A stretch of DNA of 64,000 nt from an uncultured delta proteobacterium (GTDB lineage Bacteria; Myxococcota_A; Polyangia; Fen-1088), in contig CAVYGB010000008.1 in NCBI GenBank assembly GCA_963767925.1, positions 2,944,001 through 3,008,000 of the forward strand. The letters are read 5' to 3'. The notes below the pieces were generated by a model that worked only from the letters and a program-made list of their open reading frames with translations, had not been told where the DNA came from and did not search any database. Position numbers and translations under genes: made by a program. Below, piece after piece: positions 1 through 9,029 of the stretch; position 1 is the first letter of the stretch; the number at the start of each line of letters is the position of its first letter.

Positions 1-1
1 G

Positions 2-457
2 GGCTACCTGCTCTGCTCGCAGGGTGACCGGGTGGCGATGGCCAACTCGGTCGAGGGGCGCTTCCCCTTCCTCGACTACCGGGTGCTCGAGCTGGCCAGC
101 CGCTTGCCGATCTCCTGCAAGATGCTGGGTCTCAAGGAGAAGCACCTGCTCAAGCGGGCCATGGCCGACCTGCTGCCCCGGTCGATCACGAAACGGACCA
201 AGCAGCCTTACCGGGCCCCCGACAGCCAGAGCTTCTTTCACGAGCAGAAGCCGCTGCCCTACGTGGCCGACCTGCTCAGCGAGTCGCGCATCAAGACGGC
301 CGGCTACTTCGATCCCATGGGCGTCACCCGCCTGATGGAGAAGTGCCGCAGCGGGCGGGCCATCGGCTTCGCCGACAACATGGCCTTCGTCGGCATCCTC
401 TCCACGATGCTCCTCGACGAGATGTACATCCGACGGCTGGGACCCCTGCCGTCATAA
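2..457 (+). CDS. asnB: Asparagine synthase (glutamine-hydrolysing) family protein, C-terminal part (5' truncated by window edge)
   Basis: Frame open from position 2: GYLLCSQGDRVAMANSVEGRFPFLD...EKHLLK...KQPY, the typical Asn_synthase C-terminus (DR..MA.S.E.R.PFLD). Confidence 0.9.
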   Translation, partial: GYLLCSQGDRVAMANSVEGRFPFLDYRVLELASRLPISCKMLGLKEKHLLKRAMADLLPRSITKRTKQPYRAPDSQSFFHEQKPLPYVADLLSESRIKTAGYFDPMGVTRLMEKCRSGRAIGFADNMAFVGILSTMLLDEMYIRRLGPLPS

Positions 458-475
458 CGCGACTAGGACGGACGC

Positions 476-2029
476 ATGCTGCTGCACCATCAGCTCAGGG
501 CCACCATCGATCGTTTTGGCGAGAAGACCGCCGTGCGCGTGGGCGACGCGCGCTACAGCTACCGGGACATCGATCAGATGGCGACCCGGCTGGCCCTGGC
601 GATGCAGAAGCGGGGCGTGCGCCGGCACGACCGGGTGGGGCTGTTCTTGCCCAACGGCATCGACATGGTGGTGGGCATCTTCGCCGCCCTCCGCTGCGGG
701 GCGGCCTTCATGCCCATCAACCCTCAGACCAAGGCGGCCAAGCTCCGCTACATGCTCACCGACTCGACCCCCCGCTGCGTGGTGGTGCAGGGCGAGCTGT
801 CGGCGACCTGGAGCGAGGCGACCGCGGGGCTCAGCGAGCCGAGCTCGATCCTGGTGGCGGGCGGGTCGCCCGCGGCGGCGCCCGACGGGCCGAAGGACGC
901 CCGGGTCGAAAGCCTCTCCGCCGCCGTCGAGACCGCCGGGGGCGGCCTGACCGATCCGGGCCTCATCGACCTCGACCTGGCCTCGATCATCTACACCTCG
1001 GGCTCGACCGGCGATCCCAAGGGCGTGATGCTGAGCCACCGCAACATGGTCTCGGCCTGCAACTCGATCTCCGAGTACCTGGGGCTGCGCGAAGACGACG
1101 TCATCATGTGCGCCCTGCCGCTCTCCTTCGACTACGGCCTCTACCAGATCCTGATGGCGTTCAAGATGGGCGCCACCGTGTTCCTCGAGCCGTCCTTCTC
1201 CTTCCCGGTGAAGATCCTGGAGGTCATGCAGAAGGAGCGGATCACGGTGTTCCCGGGCGTCCCCACCATGTTCGCCATGTTGATGGGCCTCGACATCTTG
1301 ACCCGCTTCGACCTGTCGGCGGTGCGTATGTTCACCAACACCGCCGCCGCCCTCTCGGCCAAGCAGATCGAGGATCTGCGCAAGACCTTCCCCCAGGCCC
1401 GCCTGTTTTCCATGTACGGCCTCACCGAGTGCAAGCGGGTCACCTACCTGCCGCCCGACCAGCTCGACAAGCGGCCGACCAGCGTGGGCCGGGGCATGCC
1501 GAACGAGGAGGTCTACCTGATCGACGAGGACGGCCGCCGCCTGCCCAACGGCAGCATCGGCCAGCTCGTGGTGCGGGGGAGCAACGTCATGGTCGGCTAC
1601 TGGAACAAGCCCGAGGAGACCGAGCGCCGGATCAAGCCCGGCCAGTACCCGGGCGAGCGGGTCCTGCACACCGGCGACCTGTTCCGCACCGACGAGGAGG
1701 GCTACCTCTTCTTCGTGGGGCGCACCGACGACATCATCAAGAGCCGGGGCGAGAAGGTCAGCCCGCGCGAGGTGGAGAACGCCATCCACGATCTGGTCGG
1801 CGTGTCCCAGGTGGCCGTGATCGGGGTGCCCGATCCGATGCTGGGCGAGGCCATCAAGGCCTACATCGTGCTCAAGGACGGCGTGACCTACAGCGAGCGG
1901 GAGATCGTCAAACACTGCCTGGCCCGCCTCGAGAACTTCATGGCCCCCAAACACGTGGAGTTCGTCACCACGCTTCCCATGACCAACACCGGCAAGGTAA
2001 GCAAGAGCGAGCTCCGCAAACGCAACTGA
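476..2029 (+). CDS. AMP-binding adenylate-forming acyl-CoA/acyl-ACP ligase
   Basis: YTSGSTGDPKG P-loop, YGLTE, TGD, GRTDDIIKSRG, NTGKV motifs. Confidence 0.92.
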   Translation: MLLHHQLRATIDRFGEKTAVRVGDARYSYRDIDQMATRLALAMQKRGVRRHDRVGLFLPNGIDMVVGIFAALRCGAAFMPINPQTKAAKLRYMLTDSTPRCVVVQGELSATWSEATAGLSEPSSILVAGGSPAAAPDGPKDARVESLSAAVETAGGGLTDPGLIDLDLASIIYTSGSTGDPKGVMLSHRNMVSACNSISEYLGLREDDVIMCALPLSFDYGLYQILMAFKMGATVFLEPSFSFPVKILEVMQKERITVFPGVPTMFAMLMGLDILTRFDLSAVRMFTNTAAALSAKQIEDLRKTFPQARLFSMYGLTECKRVTYLPPDQLDKRPTSVGRGMPNEEVYLIDEDGRRLPNGSIGQLVVRGSNVMVGYWNKPEETERRIKPGQYPGERVLHTGDLFRTDEEGYLFFVGRTDDIIKSRGEKVSPREVENAIHDLVGVSQVAVIGVPDPMLGEAIKAYIVLKDGVTYSEREIVKHCLARLENFMAPKHVEFVTTLPMTNTGKVSKSELRKRN

Positions 2030-2051
2030 CTACCAGGGAAAGCAAGCGCCG

Positions 2052-2303
2052 ATGGACATCAAAGCCAAGGTCAGACAGTACATCTCCGAGAACATCCTCA
2101 TGACCGGAGCCGCTGCGGACCTCACCGATGACGCCTCGCTGTTGCAACGGTCGGTCCTCGACTCGACCGGAGTCCTCGAGCTGGTGACCTTCCTGGAGGA
2201 CACCTTCCACATCAAGGTGGCCGACGAGGAGATGTTGCCCGACAACCTCGACTCGCTGAACAAGATCGCCACCTACGTGCAGAGCAAGCTCCCCAAGGCT
2301 TGA
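2052..2303 (+). CDS. Acyl carrier protein (cluster-specific)
   Basis: 83 aa, acidic, VLDSTGVLELV phosphopantetheine-Ser motif, ends NLDSLNKIA. Confidence 0.9.
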   Translation: MDIKAKVRQYISENILMTGAAADLTDDASLLQRSVLDSTGVLELVTFLEDTFHIKVADEEMLPDNLDSLNKIATYVQSKLPKA

Positions 2304-2323
2304 AGGCCAGAGAGGTCGACCAA

Positions 2324-3325
2324 ATGAGCAGCGAGATCACGACCAAGCTCCGAGGTGTCCTCGATCTCGACCCGGCGGCCGAGACCGAGTTCATCTGCAC
2401 GCGCATGCGGGAGATCGTGAGCCAGCAGCTCAAGCGCCGGGGGGTGGTCGTCGCCGTCTCGGGCGGCGTCGACAGCTCGGTCTGCCTGGCCCTGGCCGCC
2501 AGGGCCTTCGGCCCCAGCAAGGTGTTCTCCCTGCTGCTGCCCGAGCGGGAGTCCTCCTCGGCCAGCGTCGAGCTCGGGCGCAAGATCTCCGAGCAGGTGG
2601 GGGTCCCCTGGTCGATCGAGGACATCACCCCCGCCCTCGAGGGGCTGGGCTGCTACCGGCAGCGCGACGAGGCCATCCGCAAGGTGTTCCCCGAATACGG
2701 CGAAGGCTGGAAGAACAAGATCGTCATCGCCGGCGGGGCCCAGGGCGGCGTGAACTTCTTCAAGCTCGTCGTGCGCTCCCCCGCCGGGGAGATGCGCGAG
2801 CAGCGGGTGCCCCACGGGCCCTATCTCCAGATCGTGGCCGCCCAGAACTACAAGCAGCGGGCCCGCAAGACCATCGAGTTCTTCCACGCCGACCGCCTCA
2901 ACTACGCCGTGGTCGGCACCCCCAACCGGCTGGAGTACGACCAGGGCTTCTTCGTGAAGAACGGGGACGGCTCGGCCGACATCAAGCCGATCGCCCACCT
3001 CTACAAGACCCAGGTCTACGCCCTGGCCCGGCACCTCGATCTGCCGGCCGAGATCTGCAGCGCCCGGCCCACCACCGACACGTACAGCCTGCAGCAGGGA
3101 CAGGACGAGTTCTACTTCGCCCTGCCCTACGAGAAGATGGACGTCGCGCTGTGGGCCTACAACCACGGGGTGTCGGCCGAGGCCCTGGCCGGAGCCCTGG
3201 GGGTGAGCGCCGAGCAGGCGTCCTTCGTGTACGGCGACATCCAGGCCAAGCGCGACGCGACCCGCCCCCTGCACTCCCGGCCCATCCTCATGCGTCCCGT
3301 GGAGGAGGTCCGGCCCCTCGGCTGA
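2324..3325 (+). CDS. nadE: NAD(+) synthase-like N-type ATP pyrophosphatase (NadE family, no glutaminase domain)
   Basis: AVSGGVDSS PP-loop, GTPNRLE, KNGDG, PIAHLYKTQV, PTTD; ATG 2324 after GAGG preferred over TTG 2300. Confidence 0.85.
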   Translation: MSSEITTKLRGVLDLDPAAETEFICTRMREIVSQQLKRRGVVVAVSGGVDSSVCLALAARAFGPSKVFSLLLPERESSSASVELGRKISEQVGVPWSIEDITPALEGLGCYRQRDEAIRKVFPEYGEGWKNKIVIAGGAQGGVNFFKLVVRSPAGEMREQRVPHGPYLQIVAAQNYKQRARKTIEFFHADRLNYAVVGTPNRLEYDQGFFVKNGDGSADIKPIAHLYKTQVYALARHLDLPAEICSARPTTDTYSLQQGQDEFYFALPYEKMDVALWAYNHGVSAEALAGALGVSAEQASFVYGDIQAKRDATRPLHSRPILMRPVEEVRPLG

Positions 3326-3346
3326 CCGGCTGTTAAGATCGGGACC

Positions 3347-4132
3347 ATGAAGATCTACGAGTTTCTGGCCCGCTCGCAGCATCCGCTGGCCCGGGAGGCG
3401 CGGTCCCTGTACCGCCGCATGGAGCAGTTCTCCCTGCCCGCGCCCGCCCCCCTGGTCAAGCCGGCGATGTGGGCCTTCCTGGGCCTGCAGTCGGCCTACC
3501 ACTTCGGGGCCCGGATCATCTTCGCCGAGCCCCTCATGAAGGGCTACTGCAAGAGCTACGGCCGGAACTTCCACACCGGCTCCCACGTCCACTGGATCCA
3601 GGGCAAGGGCGACCTCATCGTCGGCGACGACGTGCTCATCGACGGCAAGTGCAACATCGCCTTTGCCACGACGTTGCACGATCGTCCAACCCTGCGCATC
3701 GGCGACCGGACCGTGATCGGCCACGGCTCGTCGATGGTGGTGGCCAGGGCGATCACCATCGGCGCCGATTGCCTCATCGCGGGCGGGACCTGGATGTTCG
3801 ACTCACCGGGGCACCCCTCGGATCCGACCGACCGCAAGGCCCACAAGAAGCCGGGGCCCGAGGACATCAAGCCGATCGTGATCGAGGACAACTGCTGGAT
3901 CGGGAGCGACGCCGTCCTGGCCCCCGGCGTGCGGGTCGGCGAGGGCAGCATCGTGGCGGCCAAGTCGGTGGTCCTGACCGACGTGGCCCCCTACACGGTG
4001 GTGATGGGCAATCCGGCCCGCCGCATCCTGCAGCTCAAGCCACCTGCCGGCACCGCGTCGACGGCGGCTCCGGCGGCCGTCACCCCGCCTGCCGCCGCCT
4101 CCGGCGCCGAGCCGTTGAAGGTCGCGACCTGA
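3347..4132 (+). CDS. Hexapeptide-repeat (left-handed beta-helix) O-acyltransferase
   Basis: IGDRTVIG, IGADCLIA, IEDNCWIG, VGEGSIVAAKSVV, GNPAR; DSPGH catalytic-type His. Confidence 0.88.
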   Translation: MKIYEFLARSQHPLAREARSLYRRMEQFSLPAPAPLVKPAMWAFLGLQSAYHFGARIIFAEPLMKGYCKSYGRNFHTGSHVHWIQGKGDLIVGDDVLIDGKCNIAFATTLHDRPTLRIGDRTVIGHGSSMVVARAITIGADCLIAGGTWMFDSPGHPSDPTDRKAHKKPGPEDIKPIVIEDNCWIGSDAVLAPGVRVGEGSIVAAKSVVLTDVAPYTVVMGNPARRILQLKPPAGTASTAAPAAVTPPAAASGAEPLKVAT

Positions 4133-4190
4133 TACGCGTCCAAGACGGGTAGCAGTTGCCCGGCTGGCTTTTCCCGGGCAGCGTAGGGCC

Positions 4191-5486
4191 ATGTCGACAA
4201 TGCGCATATCCACGCTCGCTTCGCTGACCTGCCTGCCCGCCTTGCTGGGCGCAGCGCCCGCCCTGGGCGCGGAGTACTTCGTGGCCCCCAGCGGCAACGA
4301 CGGGGCCAGCGGCAAGGCCGGAGAGCCCTGGAAGACGCTGCAGAAGGCCGCCGACACCGTGCAGACCGGCGACCGGGTGGTCGTCGAAGACGGCACCTAC
4401 CGCGGCTTCACCGTCGACGAGCGGGAGTTCGGGCCCGGGCGGGTCACCTTCGTGGCCCGCAACAAGTGGAAGGCCCGCGTCACCTCCCCCTCCCTCAAAT
4501 ACGGGAAGAACGACGGCATCGCCATCGTCTCCTCGAGCTACGTCACCATCGACGGCTTCGAGGTGACGGGCGCCTCCCGGGCCGGCATCGTGGTGCGCAG
4601 CTTCGCCCCCGAGCCGGCCGGCAAGGACACCCGGGACAACATCATCCGCAACTGCTGGAGCCACGACAACGGGGCCTGGGGCAAGGGCGAGGGGGCCCAC
4701 GACGGCATCTTCACCGGCTGGGCCCTCAACGTGCTCATCGAAAACAACCTCGTCGAGCGCAACGGCGAACACGGGATCTACGTGTCGAACTCCGCCGACA
4801 ACCCCATCGTCCGGAACAACATCGTGCGGGGCAACTGGGCCCAGGGGATCCAGATCAACGCCGACGGGGACCTCGACGGCGACGGCATCATCACCAACTG
4901 GGAGATCTCCGGCAACATCATCACCGAGAACTCCATCCGGGGCGGGTCGACCGCGGTCAACCTCGACGGGGCGGTGCGGGGGCGGGCCTTCAACAACCTG
5001 ATCTACGGCAACGGCAAGGGCGGCTTCGTGCTCTGGCAGGGCAACGGCAACGCCTCCTCCAACGAGAACGTGTTTTACAACAACACAGTCTACAACCCGA
5101 AGGGGACCAAGGCCGCCTTCATCTTTTACACGGGCGCCTCCAACAACGTCGTCTTCAACAACATCCTCTACTCCCGCTCGGGCGGCATCGAGGTCGACGA
5201 GGAGGAGGCGGGCAAGGGCAACCGCCACGACTTCAACCTGGTGACCTCGGTGCTGGGCTCGAGCAAGCTGGGCCCCAACGAGGCCTCCCCCCCGGTGAGC
5301 GAGCTGTTCATCGACGCCGACAAGGGCAACCTGCGCCCCCGCCCCGGCGCCCCTTCCCTCGGCAAGGGCGCCGCCACCTTCGCCGGTCGCAAGGTGGTCC
5401 CCACCGACCTGGAGGGGCGCGCCCGACCCCAGACCAGCGCCCCCGACATCGGCTGCTACCAGAGCGCCGCGACCGCCCAGCGTTGA
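4191..5486 (+). CDS. Secreted right-handed parallel beta-helix (pectin-lyase-like) protein
   Basis: Signal peptide, YFVAPSGND...PWKTLQKA start, Asn-ladder repeats (NNLV, NNIV, NNTV, NNIL), C-terminal PDIGCY. Confidence 0.82.
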   Translation: MSTMRISTLASLTCLPALLGAAPALGAEYFVAPSGNDGASGKAGEPWKTLQKAADTVQTGDRVVVEDGTYRGFTVDEREFGPGRVTFVARNKWKARVTSPSLKYGKNDGIAIVSSSYVTIDGFEVTGASRAGIVVRSFAPEPAGKDTRDNIIRNCWSHDNGAWGKGEGAHDGIFTGWALNVLIENNLVERNGEHGIYVSNSADNPIVRNNIVRGNWAQGIQINADGDLDGDGIITNWEISGNIITENSIRGGSTAVNLDGAVRGRAFNNLIYGNGKGGFVLWQGNGNASSNENVFYNNTVYNPKGTKAAFIFYTGASNNVVFNNILYSRSGGIEVDEEEAGKGNRHDFNLVTSVLGSSKLGPNEASPPVSELFIDADKGNLRPRPGAPSLGKGAATFAGRKVVPTDLEGRARPQTSAPDIGCYQSAATAQR

Positions 5487-5654
5487 CCGTTGCCCGCACC
5501 CGTTGTCCCGGGCGCAACGATCGGTCCGGGTCGCTGTCGGTGACGCTGCCCTCCACACGCCGGGTCGGGCCCGAGATGGGCGACTTCAAGAGGGTAATCG
5601 GGCGCCGGTCGGTTCCGGGGAGACGTGCACACTTCGTGCAGTCTCCCTCGGTTC

Positions 5655-7280
5655 ATGAGGGTGACGGCGACGCAGCGGGGGAGCGAAGTCCGGGCGCGGA
5701 GCAGCAGGCCGGGCTGGATCGCCGGGATGATCGCCCTGCTGGTGAGTGGGGCCGCCTGCCTGCCGCCGCCGGACGGCGACGGCGACAGCGAAGGCGACCG
5801 CGACGGCGAGGAGCCCTACCCGGTGGAGCCGGCCGACGTGGAGACCCAGGCCCGCGCCCTGCAGGGCAACAACTCGGGCGGGTACAACCTCGGCGGCGCC
5901 AACCTCGGCGGCGCGAACCTCGGGGGCGCCAACCTCGGCGGTGCCAACCTGGGCGGTTCCAACCTCGGGGGCAGCAACCTCGGCGGCAACAACCTGGCCG
6001 GCACCAACCTCGGGGGCAATAACCTCGGCGGCGTCAACCTCGGCGGCAGCAACCTCGGCGGCGTCAACCTCGGCGGCAGCAACCTCGGTGGCGTCAACCT
6101 CGGCGGTTCCAACCTCGGCGGATCCAACCTGGGCGGCAGCAACGTCGCCGGCACCAACCTCGGGGGCAACAACCTCGGTGGCAGCAACCTCGGCGGCAGC
6201 AACCTCGGCGGGTCGAACACCGGCTTCAACATCCGGAGCCGGGCCGCCGGCGTGAACGGCATGTTGTACAGTGGGGAGGACCTCGCCTCGCCAAAGACCG
6301 CCCAGTGCATCGTGATGGGCATCGGCTCGACCGCCTTCGCCAAGCTCCTCGGCCAGCAGAGCGCCAACGCCAAGATCTCGGTCGCCCTCGGCAAGCTCCC
6401 CTGGGGCTTCGCCAGCAGCAAGGGCGGGCCGGTGAACCTCGGCGCCTGGGAGGCCACCGTCTGGGGCGACAAGACCTTCTGCGTGTTCGTCCTCGCCGTC
6501 CCCCCGGGTGTGAGCTGGTCCGGGGTGGCCGGCTTCATCAAGTCGGTCTTCCGCTGGAACGCGCCCCCCAGCCAGACCATGGAGGTGAGCGGCATCGAGG
6601 CCAGCCGGCCCCACGACGCCAGCGTCAACACCGCCATCACCTCCTACACCGGCATGATGAACACCGCCGCCCTCTTCCGCTCGGGCAAGATCTCGGCCAA
6701 GAACTACCTCGCCGGCGCGCTCGGCTTCATCACCGCCACCACCAACAACGAGTCGGTGATGGTCGACTTCTCCTCCTGGGTGCTGGGCACCGGCACCAAG
6801 GCCATCATCCTCGGCAACGTGCAGGCCAGCAGCCCGCCCACCTACGTGGAGAGCGTGTTCTACGTGGTGGAGAACAGCGACGGGACGGTGGCGGTGAAGG
6901 TCTACTTCGGCGGGGTGACTTCACCGCCGGGCATCACCGTCTCGAACTTCGTGCTCGAGGCGGCCTACAAGAACTGGAAGAAGGGCCTGGTCGCCAAGCC
7001 GGTGCCCCGCCGCTGCGCCGGCGCCCTGCTGCTCAACTTCAACTACGGCGAGCCGATCGCCCCGGGCAAGTGCGACAGCGGCCTGAGCTGGCAGACCGCG
7101 GGCGCCTCCTTCGCCGGCAAGCGCTGGAACACCGAAGCCGGGACCACCGCCCCGATGAACACGTACATGGAGATGCCCAACGGCAGCAGCGAATACTTCA
7201 AGCGCGGCCCCACCTCCACCACGATGAAGAAGGTCCTCTCCGAGACCTACATCCACCTCTGGGAGAAGAGCTTCGACTGA
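5655..7280 (+). CDS. Lipoprotein with Gly-rich pentapeptide repeats and an unknown C-terminal domain
   Basis: Hydrophobic stretch ending SGAA-C, then 23 x N(L/V/S)(G/A)Gx; start uncertain (5625, 5655 or 5727). Confidence 0.75.
   Translation: MRVTATQRGSEVRARSSRPGWIAGMIALLVSGAACLPPPDGDGDSEGDRDGEEPYPVEPADVETQARALQGNNSGGYNLGGANLGGANLGGANLGGANLGGSNLGGSNLGGNNLAGTNLGGNNLGGVNLGGSNLGGVNLGGSNLGGVNLGGSNLGGSNLGGSNVAGTNLGGNNLGGSNLGGSNLGGSNTGFNIRSRAAGVNGMLYSGEDLASPKTAQCIVMGIGSTAFAKLLGQQSANAKISVALGKLPWGFASSKGGPVNLGAWEATVWGDKTFCVFVLAVPPGVSWSGVAGFIKSVFRWNAPPSQTMEVSGIEASRPHDASVNTAITSYTGMMNTAALFRSGKISAKNYLAGALGFITATTNNESVMVDFSSWVLGTGTKAIILGNVQASSPPTYVESVFYVVENSDGTVAVKVYFGGVTSPPGITVSNFVLEAAYKNWKKGLVAKPVPRRCAGALLLNFNYGEPIAPGKCDSGLSWQTAGASFAGKRWNTEAGTTAPMNTYMEMPNGSSEYFKRGPTSTTMKKVLSETYIHLWEKSFD
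5871..6215 (+). repeat. Coding 15-bp tandem repeat, 23 units (AACCTCGGCGGCnnn = NLGGx)
   Basis: Counted directly: 345 bp / 15. Confidence 0.95.
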
Positions 7281-7286
7281 TCGGCG

Positions 7287-9017
7287 TCAGTGGATCTCGG
7301 GCTCGCTGATCGGGGCGGTGCCCTCCAGGAAGTCGAAGTCGCAGCCCCGGTCGGCCTGGGTGATGTGGCGGGTGAACATGGCCCCGTAGCCGCGCTGGTA
7401 GCGGGGGGGCGGCGGGGTCCAGGCGGCCTTGCGGCGGGCCAGCTCGGCGGGGTCGACCCGCAGGTCGATGCGCCGGTTGGGGACGTCGAGCTCGATGAGA
7501 TCACCCTCGCGCAGCAGGGCCAGCGGGCCGCCCACGTAGGACTCGGGGGCCACGTGCAGCACGCAGGTGCCGTAGCTGGTGCCGCTCATGCGGGCGTCCG
7601 ACAGGCGGACCATGTCCCGCACCCCCTGCTTCAGCAGCTTCTTGGGGATCGGCAACATGCCCCACTCGGGGAACCCGGGACCACCCAGGGGCCCGGCGTT
7701 GCGCAGGACGAGGACCGAGTCGGGGGTGACCGCCAGGTTCTCGTCGTCGATCCGGCGCTCGAGATCGTTGTAGTCGTCGAAGACGACCGCCGGCCCGGTG
7801 TGGGTCAGCAGGCGGGCCTCGCAGGCGCTGGTCTTGATGACCGCCCCGCTGGGGGCCAGGCTCCCGCGCAGCACCGCCAGCCCCCCCTCCTGGGAGAGGG
7901 CCTCGCTCACCGAGCGGATGACGTCCTTGTTGTAGATCCGGGCCCCGGCGATGTCCTCGCCGAGGGTGCGCCCGCTGATGGTCCGCTCCTGCAGGTGCAG
8001 CAGGTGCTTGAGCTCGCCGAGCAGCGCGGGCAGCCCGCCCGCGTAAAAGAAGTCCTCCATGAGGTACTTGCCCGAGGGGCGCAGGTTGCAGATCAGCGGC
8101 GTCCGCCGGGAAAAGGCGTCGTAGTCGTCGATGCTGAGCGGCACGCCCGCCCGCCCGGCCATCGCGATGAGGTGGACGAGGGCGTTGGTCGAGCCGCCCA
8201 CCGCCATCAGCACCGTGATGGCGTTCTCGAACGACTGGCGGGTCAAGATGTCGCGGGGCTTGAGATCCTCCCACACCATCTCGACCGCCCGCCTGCCCGC
8301 CGCCGTGCCCATGCGCCCGTGGTTGGAGTCGACCGCCGGGATCGACGAGGCGCCGGTGAGCGACAGCCCCAGCGACTCGACGATGGCGGTCATGGTGGAG
8401 GCGGTCCCCATGACCATGCAGGTGCCGGCCGAGCGGGCGATGCCCCCCTCGATCTCCTTCCAGTCCTGCTGGTTGATGGTGCCGGCGCGCAGCTCGGCCC
8501 AGTATTTCCAGACGTCGCTGCCGCTGCCCAGCACCTCGCCCCGCCAGTTGCCCCGCAACATGGGCCCGGCCGGGAAGAAGACGGTCGGCAGGTTGACGCT
8601 CGTCGCCCCCATCACCAGCGCGGGGGTGGTCTTGTCACAGCCCCCCATGATGACCGCCCCGTCGATGGGGTAGGACCGGAGCTGCTCCTCCGTCTCCATC
8701 GCCAGGAGGTTGCGGTAGAGCATGGTGGAGGGCTTCTGGAAGTTCTCCGACAGGGAGATGGCCGGCAGCTCGATGGGGAAGCCCCCCGCCTGCCAGATGC
8801 CCCGCTTTATCTCCTCGGCTCGCGTGCGAAAGTGCTGGTGGCAGGGGTTGATGTCGTTCCAGGTGTTGACGATGGCGATGACCGGCTTGCCGGCATAGTC
8901 CGCGCGGTCGTAGCCCATCTGGGCCACCCGCGAGCGGTGGCCGAAGGCTCGGAGGTTCTCCACCCCGAACCAGCGGTGACTGCGCAGCTCCTCGGGACGC
9001 TTGCGTGGGGGGGCCAT
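7287..9017 (-). CDS. araD: IlvD/Edd-family sugar-acid dehydratase (L-arabinonate dehydratase-like)
   Basis: NPCH, GGCDKTTP, GTCMVMGTASTM, GGSTN, DARMSGT; LRSHRWFG N-terminus typical of the AraD clade. Confidence 0.88.
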   Translation of the reverse strand: MAPPRKRPEELRSHRWFGVENLRAFGHRSRVAQMGYDRADYAGKPVIAIVNTWNDINPCHQHFRTRAEEIKRGIWQAGGFPIELPAISLSENFQKPSTMLYRNLLAMETEEQLRSYPIDGAVIMGGCDKTTPALVMGATSVNLPTVFFPAGPMLRGNWRGEVLGSGSDVWKYWAELRAGTINQQDWKEIEGGIARSAGTCMVMGTASTMTAIVESLGLSLTGASSIPAVDSNHGRMGTAAGRRAVEMVWEDLKPRDILTRQSFENAITVLMAVGGSTNALVHLIAMAGRAGVPLSIDDYDAFSRRTPLICNLRPSGKYLMEDFFYAGGLPALLGELKHLLHLQERTISGRTLGEDIAGARIYNKDVIRSVSEALSQEGGLAVLRGSLAPSGAVIKTSACEARLLTHTGPAVVFDDYNDLERRIDDENLAVTPDSVLVLRNAGPLGGPGFPEWGMLPIPKKLLKQGVRDMVRLSDARMSGTSYGTCVLHVAPESYVGGPLALLREGDLIELDVPNRRIDLRVDPAELARRKAAWTPPPPRYQRGYGAMFTRHITQADRGCDFDFLEGTAPISEPEIH

Positions 9018-9029
9018 GGACGTCCTCGC

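Noticed and set aside
5871..6215. Regular short repeats as a CRISPR array
   Set aside because: 15-bp head-to-tail coding repeats with synonymous variation, no spacers and no cas genes
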